From: Candidatus Omnitrophota bacterium
GTDB lineage: Bacteria; Omnitrophota; Gorgyraeia; Aquiviventales; Aquiviventaceae
Assembly: GCA_016180575.1 (NCBI GenBank)
Contig: JACPAY010000007.1
Location: 1,457-65,456, forward strand
Direction: 5' to 3'
Length of the DNA stretch: 64,000 bases
Made by a program: the position numbers and the translations under genes
The notes under the pieces: model-generated
The model's database searches: none
Told to the model about the DNA's origin: nothing
What the model saw: the letters and a program-made list of their open reading frames with translations, nothing else
Shown here: positions 43,811 through 50,399 of the stretch, one piece after another
Layout of the letters: each line of letters starts with the position of its first letter
How positions within the stretch are numbered: position 1 is the stretch's first letter

Positions 43811-43887
43811 CGGGGCGTAGCGTAGCTTGGTAGCGCGCCTGAATGGGGTTCAGGAGGTCGGGAGTTCAAATCTCCCCGCCCCGACCA
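43811..43887 (+). tRNA. tRNA-Pro (anticodon GGG), CCA encoded
   Basis: Hand-folded cloverleaf: acceptor CGGGGCG/CGCCCCG, anticodon arm CCTGA-ATGGGGT-TCAGG, T-arm GGGAG-TTCAAAT-CTCCC, discriminator A plus CCA. Confidence 0.9.
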
Positions 43888-43895
43888 ACAACTCA

Positions 43896-45212
43896 ATGCC
43901 ACAGACCACCACCATCAACGTCGGGCTCATCGGCGTCGGCACGGTCGGCGCCGGCGTGGCGCGCGCGCTCCTCGAGAAGAGACGGATGCTCGAGCAGCGC
44001 ATCGGCGCCCGCCTGGTGCTGCGCCGGGCCTGCGACAAGGAGTTCCGCCGCCGGCGGGGCGTCCGCCTGCCCCCCTCGGTGACCACCACCGACGCGTCCA
44101 AGGTCCTGCGCGACCCGGACATCCACGTCGTCGTGGAGCTCATCGGCGGGATCGAGCCGGCGCGGACGCTCATCCTGGAGGCGCTGCGCCGCGGCAAGCA
44201 CGTGGTGACCGCGAACAAGGCGCTCCTGGCGCACGCGGGCCGGGAGCTGTTCGCGGCCGCGCGGCGGGCGAACGTGGACCTCTACTTCGAAGCGGCGGTG
44301 GGCGGCGGCATCCCCATCATCAAGGCGCTCCGGGAAGGGCTCATCGCCAACGAGCTGGACGCCATCCTGGGCATCGTCAACGGCACGTCGAACTACGTGC
44401 TCACCCAGATGCGCGAGAAGCGGCTGAGCTTCCACGAGGCGCTGCTGGAGGCCAAGCACCACGGCTACGCGGAACGCAACCCGGCGCTCGATATCAGCGG
44501 AGGCGACGCAGCGCACAAGCTCGCGATCCTCACGCTGCTCGGCTTCGGCGTGCAGGTGCGCCTCTCTGACATCCACGTGGAGGGCATCAGCAGCATCTCC
44601 CAGGCGGACATCCAGTACGCGGACGAGCTGGGCTACTGCATCAAGCCGCTCGCCATCGCCAAGCAGGTGGACCACGAGCTGGAGCTCCGGGTCCACCCCA
44701 CGCTGCTGGCCAAGACCCACCTCCTCGCCAATGTCAACGGGGTCTACAATGCCGTCTACGTGCACGGCGATATGGTCGGGGCGGAGCTGTTCTACGGCCG
44801 CGGGGCGGGGCAGGGCCCGGCCGCGAGCTCCGTGGTCTCCGACATCGCCGATATCGCCCGGAACATCGTCACCGGGATAGCCCCGCGCATGCCGCTCCTG
44901 CCCCACCGGCACCGCGGCATCCGCCGGTTGCGGCGGATGGGCGCGGTGGAAACCCGCTACTACATGCGCTTCATGGCGACGGACAAGCCCGGCGTGCTGG
45001 CCCGCATCGCCGGGGTGCTCGGCCGTCACCACATCTCCATCGCGAGCGTCCACCAGAAGGAGCGCCGGGCGGCGCGGATCGTGCCGGTCGTCATGATGAC
45101 CCACGAGGCCCGGGAGGCCGACATGCGCCGCGCGCTCCAGGCCATCGACCGCCTGGGGTTCGTGAAGCACCCCACCGTCGCGATCCGGACCGAAGCCCCG
45201 CGCTACAAATGA
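43896..45212 (+). CDS. hom: homoserine dehydrogenase
   Basis: In-frame ATG 43896 (the track ORF extension 43827 overlaps the tRNA); GLIGVGTVGAGV…, ANKALLA…, C-terminal ACT-like domain. Confidence 0.94.
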   Translation: MPQTTTINVGLIGVGTVGAGVARALLEKRRMLEQRIGARLVLRRACDKEFRRRRGVRLPPSVTTTDASKVLRDPDIHVVVELIGGIEPARTLILEALRRGKHVVTANKALLAHAGRELFAAARRANVDLYFEAAVGGGIPIIKALREGLIANELDAILGIVNGTSNYVLTQMREKRLSFHEALLEAKHHGYAERNPALDISGGDAAHKLAILTLLGFGVQVRLSDIHVEGISSISQADIQYADELGYCIKPLAIAKQVDHELELRVHPTLLAKTHLLANVNGVYNAVYVHGDMVGAELFYGRGAGQGPAASSVVSDIADIARNIVTGIAPRMPLLPHRHRGIRRLRRMGAVETRYYMRFMATDKPGVLARIAGVLGRHHISIASVHQKERRAARIVPVVMMTHEAREADMRRALQAIDRLGFVKHPTVAIRTEAPRYK

Positions 45213-45249
45213 GGAGCAGGAAACAGGGAACCGGACCCGGGACTATTGG
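45209..45249 (+). repeat. R4 element, truncated copy (hom stop / thrC start)
   Basis: ATGAGGAGCAGGAAACAGGGAACCGGACCCGGGACTATTGG; left stem arm missing. Confidence 0.75.
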
Positions 45250-46312
45250 AAACCGGCAATGGCCCGGGGTGATTGAACGCTATCGCGCCTACCTTCCGGT
45301 CTCCCCCGCGACCCCCATCATCACGCTGCTGGAGGGGAACACCCCGCTCATCCACAGCCGCGCGCTGAGCCGCCGGTTGGGGCGGGGGATGTCGGTGTAC
45401 CTCAAGTACGAGGGGATGAACCCCACCGGCTCGTTCAAGGACCGCGGGATGACCGTGGCGATCTCGAAGGCGGTCGAGGCGAAGTCGGTCGCGGTCCTGT
45501 GCGCCTCCACCGGCAACACCTCCGCCTCGGCCAGCGCCTATGCGGCGCGGGCGGGGCTGCGCTCCATCGTCCTCATCCCGAGCGGCGCCGTGGCGCTGGG
45601 CAAGCTCTCGCAGGCGCTCATCCACGGGGCGCGCGTGGTGGTCGTGGACGCGAACTTCGACGCGTGCCTGGCGCTCGTGAAGTCGCTGGCCCAGGGGCAC
45701 CCCGTCACGCTGGTCAACTCCATCAACCCGCACCGCATCGAGGGCCAGAAGACGTGCGCCTTCGAGATCTGCGACGCGCTCGGCCGGGCGCCGGACTACC
45801 ACGTGACGCCCGTGGGCAACGCGGGCAACATCACGGCGCAGTGGAAGGGCTACACGGAGTACCGGCGGCGCGGGCGCATCACGCAGCGGCCCGCCATGCT
45901 GGGCTTTCAGGCCGAGGGCGCCGCCCCCCTGGTGCAGGGCCGCGTCATTAAGCACCCGCGCACGATCGCCACCGCCATCCGGATCGGCAACCCGGCCAGC
46001 TGGCAGGGGGCGCTCGCCGCGGCCGAGGAATCGGGCGGCGCCATCCAGGCGGTGAGCGACCGGCAGATCCTGGAGGCCTACCGCCTCCTCGCGTCAGAGG
46101 ACGGGGTGTTCGTGGAGCCGGCGTCGGCCGCCTCGGTCGCCGGCCTGCTGCGCCTGGCGCAGGCGGGATATTTCAAGAAGCGGGCGACCATCGTCTGCAT
46201 CCTCACCGGACACGGGCTCAAGGACCCCGAGCGCGCCATCAAGAGCATCCGCCTGGCGCGTCCCCTCCCGCCGTCGCTCTCCGCCATCACCAAAGCCGCC
46301 GGCCTGAAGTAA
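45209..46312 (+). CDS. thrC: threonine synthase (start either ATG 45209 inside repeat R4 or GTG 45269)
   Basis: Track ORF; GVIERYRAYLPV…TLLEGNTPL…NPTGSFKDRGM PLP-lysine motif. Confidence 0.92.
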   Translation: MRSRKQGTGPGTIGNRQWPGVIERYRAYLPVSPATPIITLLEGNTPLIHSRALSRRLGRGMSVYLKYEGMNPTGSFKDRGMTVAISKAVEAKSVAVLCASTGNTSASASAYAARAGLRSIVLIPSGAVALGKLSQALIHGARVVVVDANFDACLALVKSLAQGHPVTLVNSINPHRIEGQKTCAFEICDALGRAPDYHVTPVGNAGNITAQWKGYTEYRRRGRITQRPAMLGFQAEGAAPLVQGRVIKHPRTIATAIRIGNPASWQGALAAAEESGGAIQAVSDRQILEAYRLLASEDGVFVEPASAASVAGLLRLAQAGYFKKRATIVCILTGHGLKDPERAIKSIRLARPLPPSLSAITKAAGLK

Positions 46313-46352
46313 CCCGCCGGCGCCCAAAAGGGTATATAATAAAACTTCTTGC

Positions 46353-47504
46353 ATGAAATACGTCATCTTGCGCTGTGAGGATGGCGCCCCCGCGAGCGAG
46401 CGAACCGCCGCGCTGCTGGAGGGCGCGAAAACCCTGCACCTGCACGAGCTCGCGCAGGCGGGCGCCGCCGGGCTCATCCGGCCGCACGACCGCGCCGCCC
46501 GCGGCTCGCCGCTTGACCGGGCGCGGGTCCATCGCGCCCTCCTCGGGCTGGATCCCCTTGACGCGGACGCGGCTCCCGGCTGCTGCTATGCGGACGCCGC
46601 GGGCCTCGCGCTCGAGCCCGACGAGACGGCCTGGTGCTGCGAGCTCATCACGCAGCGGGACGGCCGGGTCATCGACCCCACCGCAGGGCGCATCCCGACG
46701 AAAGAGAGCGCCCCGCTCCTCCAGGCGCTGGACGCCGAGCTGGGCTCTGACGCGCGGCGATGGAAGCCGGGGACCGGCTCGCACCACGTGTTCCTCGCCC
46801 GCGAGCCGGCGCTCGCCGCGGATGCGCGGCGCGCCGTCGGACCGCCTGAGCCGCTGGTGGGGCGGGCGTGGAAGCGGCACCTGCCTGCCGGCGCGACGGG
46901 CGAAGCCCTGCGGGCTCTCCTCGAACGGGCCTCCGCCGTGCTCGAGGCGCACCCGGTCAACCGGGTCCGGGTGGACCTCGGCGAGAACCCGGCGAACATG
47001 GTCTGGCTCTGGGGGGCGGGCGCCGCCGGGCCGTCGCGGCCGTTCGCCGAGCGCACCGGCCTCACCGGGACCATCGTCTCGAACAGCTTCTTGCTGCGAG
47101 GGCTCTCGCACCGTCTCGGCCTCGGGTGGGCGGAGGGCCCTGCCTCGTTCACAGAGGCGGCCCTCCAGCGGCTATGGAAAGCGGCAGCCCCCCTGCTCGA
47201 GCGCCAGGACCTGCTCTACGTGCACCTCCGGGTGGAGAGCGGCGACCCGGTCGAGCGGCTGTGCGCCATGGAGCGCATCGACCAGCTCCTGCTCAAGCCA
47301 TTGACCGACCTGCTGCCGCGCCTCGGCCCGTGGCGGCTGCTGGCGGCGGTCGATGACCGCGCGCTGCGCGCGGCGCCGTTCATCGCGATCGGCACCGGCC
47401 TGCCGCGGCAGCCGGCCGCCTCGCTCGACGCGGAGCGCCTCGCCGAGAGCCCGCTCGCGTTTCCGGAGGGCGCCGGCTCGTTCGCCTGGCTCACGCAGGC
47501 CTGA
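46353..47504 (+). CDS. divergent cofactor-independent phosphoglycerate mutase (ApgM)-like protein; candidate alternative homoserine kinase
   Basis: Track ORF; overall ApgM-like layout (MKYVIL…DG…, HPVNRVRVDLGENPANMVWLWGAG, LYVHL…) located between thrC and lysC. Confidence 0.5.
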   Translation: MKYVILRCEDGAPASERTAALLEGAKTLHLHELAQAGAAGLIRPHDRAARGSPLDRARVHRALLGLDPLDADAAPGCCYADAAGLALEPDETAWCCELITQRDGRVIDPTAGRIPTKESAPLLQALDAELGSDARRWKPGTGSHHVFLAREPALAADARRAVGPPEPLVGRAWKRHLPAGATGEALRALLERASAVLEAHPVNRVRVDLGENPANMVWLWGAGAAGPSRPFAERTGLTGTIVSNSFLLRGLSHRLGLGWAEGPASFTEAALQRLWKAAAPLLERQDLLYVHLRVESGDPVERLCAMERIDQLLLKPLTDLLPRLGPWRLLAAVDDRALRAAPFIAIGTGLPRQPAASLDAERLAESPLAFPEGAGSFAWLTQA

Positions 47505-47508
47505 CGCG

Positions 47509-48774
47509 ATGACGCGCAAGCTCGTCGTCCAGAAATACGGCGGCAGCTCCGTCGCCAACCCGGAGCGGATCACGCGGGTCGCGCAGCGGGTCGTGGACAC
47601 CAAGCGCGCCGGCGCGGACGTGGTCGTGGTGGTCTCCGCGCTGGGCGACACGACCGACGAGCTCGTCCAGCTTGCCGCCCAGGTCAGCCGCAACCCCGCC
47701 GAGCGGGAGCTCGACATGCTCATGGCGACCGGCGAGCAGGTGTCCGTCGCCCTGCTGGCGATGGCCATCCACGAGCTGGGCGAGGATGCGGTCTCGTTCA
47801 CCGGCGCCCAGGTCGGCATCCTGACGGACGGGACGCACACGCGGGCGAAGCTGGTGGACATCAACACCCAGCGCATCGTGCGGGAGCTGGCCAAAAGCCG
47901 CATCGTCATCGTCGCCGGGTTCCAGGGCGTGAACCTCAACCAGGACATCACGACGCTGGGGCGGGGCGGATCGGACCTCACTGCCGTGGCGCTCGCCAAG
48001 GCGCTGCAGGCGGACGTCTGCGAGATCTTCACGGACGTCGAGGGCATCTACACCGCGGACCCGCGCATCGTGCCGCAGGCGCGCAAGCTCCCGGCGATCA
48101 GCTACGACGAGATGCTGGAGATGGCGTCGCTCGGCGCCCAGGTGATGCAGGCGCGGTCCATCTTCGTCGCCAAGCGGTTCGACATCCCCATCCACGTCCG
48201 GTCGAGCTTCTCACTACGGGAGGGCACGATGATCCAGCGGTCGGTCAAGGCCATGGAAGACATCGTCGTCAGCGGCGTGACGCTGCAGAAGGACGAGGCC
48301 AAGGTCACGATCCGGGACGTGCCGGACCGGCCCGGCATGGCGGCGGAGATCTTCCGCGAGCTGGCGGCCAAGGGGATCAACGTGGACATGATTGTGCAGA
48401 ACGTCAGCCGCGAGGGCTCGACGGACCTCTCGTTCACCGTCGTCAAGAGCGACCTGCCGGGGACCCTGCGCGTCACCCGGAGCGTCTCGCACCGCATCGG
48501 GGCGGGCGAGGTCACCACCGACGAGGGGGTGGCCAAGCTCTCCATCGTCGGGATCGGGATGCGCAGCCACTCCGGGGTGGCGGCGAAGATGTTCGAGGCG
48601 ATGGCCCGCGAGCGCATCAACATCGAGATGATCTCCACCTCCGAGATCAAGATCTCCTGCGTCATCCGCAAGGCCCATGCCGAGCGGGCGGTCCGGGCGG
48701 TCCACCGCGCCTTCGGCCTCGGCCATGCCCCCGCCGCGGCCGCCAGGGCGCGCCGGGTCTCCGCCCGGGCCTGA
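47509..48774 (+). CDS. lysC: aspartate kinase
   Basis: In-frame ATG 47509 in track ORF 47353..48774; VVQKYGGSSV, VVVVSALGDTTDEL, two C-terminal ACT domains. Confidence 0.95.
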   Translation: MTRKLVVQKYGGSSVANPERITRVAQRVVDTKRAGADVVVVVSALGDTTDELVQLAAQVSRNPAERELDMLMATGEQVSVALLAMAIHELGEDAVSFTGAQVGILTDGTHTRAKLVDINTQRIVRELAKSRIVIVAGFQGVNLNQDITTLGRGGSDLTAVALAKALQADVCEIFTDVEGIYTADPRIVPQARKLPAISYDEMLEMASLGAQVMQARSIFVAKRFDIPIHVRSSFSLREGTMIQRSVKAMEDIVVSGVTLQKDEAKVTIRDVPDRPGMAAEIFRELAAKGINVDMIVQNVSREGSTDLSFTVVKSDLPGTLRVTRSVSHRIGAGEVTTDEGVAKLSIVGIGMRSHSGVAAKMFEAMARERINIEMISTSEIKISCVIRKAHAERAVRAVHRAFGLGHAPAAAARARRVSARA

Positions 48775-48813
48775 CGCGGGCACTGCACCCACGGCGCATC
48801 ACGGACAATTCCC

Positions 48814-50382
48814 ATGCCCCAGATTGAACTCTACGACACGACGCTCCGCGACGGGGCGCAGACCGAGGGGATCTCCTACTCGGTGCAGGACAAGCTGCGC
48901 ATCACGGAGCAGCTGGACGCCCTCGGCGTGCACACCATCGAGGGCGGCTGGCCGGGCTCCAACCCCAAGGACGCGGAGTTCTTCCGGAAGGCCAGGCGGC
49001 TCTCGCTGCGCTCGGCGAAGCTGGCCGCCTTCGGCTCAACCCGGCGCGCCTCCGCCGGCGCGGCGAAGGACCCCAATTTGCGCGCGCTGCTCGCCGCCGA
49101 GACGCCGGTCGTGACCATCTTCGGCAAGAGCTGGGACCTGCACGTGCGCGACGTGCTCCGGGTCAGCCTGGAGGAGAACCTCCGCCTCATCGAGGACTCG
49201 GTCGCCTGGCTTGCGCGGCACGGCCGCCGCGTCGTGTACGACGCCGAGCACTTCTTCGACGGCTACCGGGACAACCCGGAGTACGCGCTGCGCACCCTCC
49301 AGGCGGCGGTGGCCGGCGGCGCGGAGACGCTCGCCCTGTGCGACACCAACGGGGGCAGCCTCCCCAGCCAGATCACCGAGGGCATCAACGCGGTCCAGCG
49401 GCGGTTCTCGGCGCCGCTCGGCATCCACGCGCACAACGACAGCGACCTCGCAGCGGCCAACTCGGTGGCCGCGGTGCAGGCGGGCTGCCGCCAGGTGCAG
49501 GGGACGGTCAACGGCTATGGCGAGCGGTGCGGCAACGCCAACCTCGTCTCGCTCATCGCCATCCTCAAGCTGAAGCTGGGGATCGACTGCCTGCCGGACG
49601 CCAAGCTGCGCGAGCTGACCGAGGTCGCGCACTTCGTGGCCGAGGTCAGCAACATGGCGCACGACGCCCACCAGCCGTTCGTGGGCGAGACCGCCTTCGC
49701 GCACAAGGGCGGGGTGCACGTCAACGCCGTGATGAAGAACCCCCGCACCTACGAGCACATCGAGCCGGCGACGGTCGGCAACCAGCGCCGGATCCTCGTC
49801 TCGGAGCTCTCCGGGCGCTCCTCGCTCGTCTTCAAGGCGAAAGACCTGGCGCTGGACCTGACCCGCGACACCCCCCAGGCCAAGCGGATGCTCAGGCTGC
49901 TCCAGCAGCTCGAGCACCGGGGCTACCACTTCGAGGCGGCGGAGGGGTCGCTTGAGCTCCTGCTCAAGCGCCAGCTCAAACGGTTCAAGCCGTTCTTCAC
50001 CCTCGGCGGGTTCCGCATCATCATCGAGAAGCGGGACCACAAGCTGATGTCCGAGGCGACCATCAAGGTCCACGTCGGCAAGGTCACCGAGCAGACCGCG
50101 GCGGAGGGGGACGGGCCGGTGAACGCGCTCGACAACGCCATCCGCAAGGCGCTGCTGAAGTTCTACCCGTCGCTTGCGCGGATGCACCTGACCGACTTCA
50201 AGGTCCGCGTGCTCGACGAGAAGGCCGCCACCGCGGCCCGCGTGCGCGTGCTCATCCAATCGCAGGATGAGCACGAGTCCTGGGGCACGGTCGGCGTCTC
50301 CGAGAACATCATCGAGGCGAGCTGGCAGGCGCTCGTGGACTCGATCGAGTACAAGCTGCTCAAAGACCGGGCCCGTCGCTGA
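48814..50382 (+). CDS. cimA: (R)-citramalate synthase / 2-isopropylmalate synthase family
   Basis: Track ORF, 522 aa; [20 protein letters not shown]…, [13 protein letters not shown]…, C-terminal LeuA-dimer-like regulatory domain. Confidence 0.8.
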   Translation: MPQIELYDTTLRDGAQTEGISYSVQDKLRITEQLDALGVHTIEGGWPGSNPKDAEFFRKARRLSLRSAKLAAFGSTRRASAGAAKDPNLRALLAAETPVVTIFGKSWDLHVRDVLRVSLEENLRLIEDSVAWLARHGRRVVYDAEHFFDGYRDNPEYALRTLQAAVAGGAETLALCDTNGGSLPSQITEGINAVQRRFSAPLGIHAHNDSDLAAANSVAAVQAGCRQVQGTVNGYGERCGNANLVSLIAILKLKLGIDCLPDAKLRELTEVAHFVAEVSNMAHDAHQPFVGETAFAHKGGVHVNAVMKNPRTYEHIEPATVGNQRRILVSELSGRSSLVFKAKDLALDLTRDTPQAKRMLRLLQQLEHRGYHFEAAEGSLELLLKRQLKRFKPFFTLGGFRIIIEKRDHKLMSEATIKVHVGKVTEQTAAEGDGPVNALDNAIRKALLKFYPSLARMHLTDFKVRVLDEKAATAARVRVLIQSQDEHESWGTVGVSENIIEASWQALVDSIEYKLLKDRARR

Positions 50383-50399
50383 CGGGGCCTTCCACGCCC

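Noticed and set aside
43827-43895. Track ORF start at 43827 for the homoserine dehydrogenase gene
   Set aside because: That extension runs through tRNA-Pro. The conserved protein begins at ATG 43896 (MPQTTTINVGLIGVG).
46312-46352. TATATAAT-containing AT-rich spacer before the ApgM-like gene as a promoter
   Set aside because: There is no acceptable -35 element or TG extension at the right spacing. It may just be the ribosome-binding region of an operon-internal gene.
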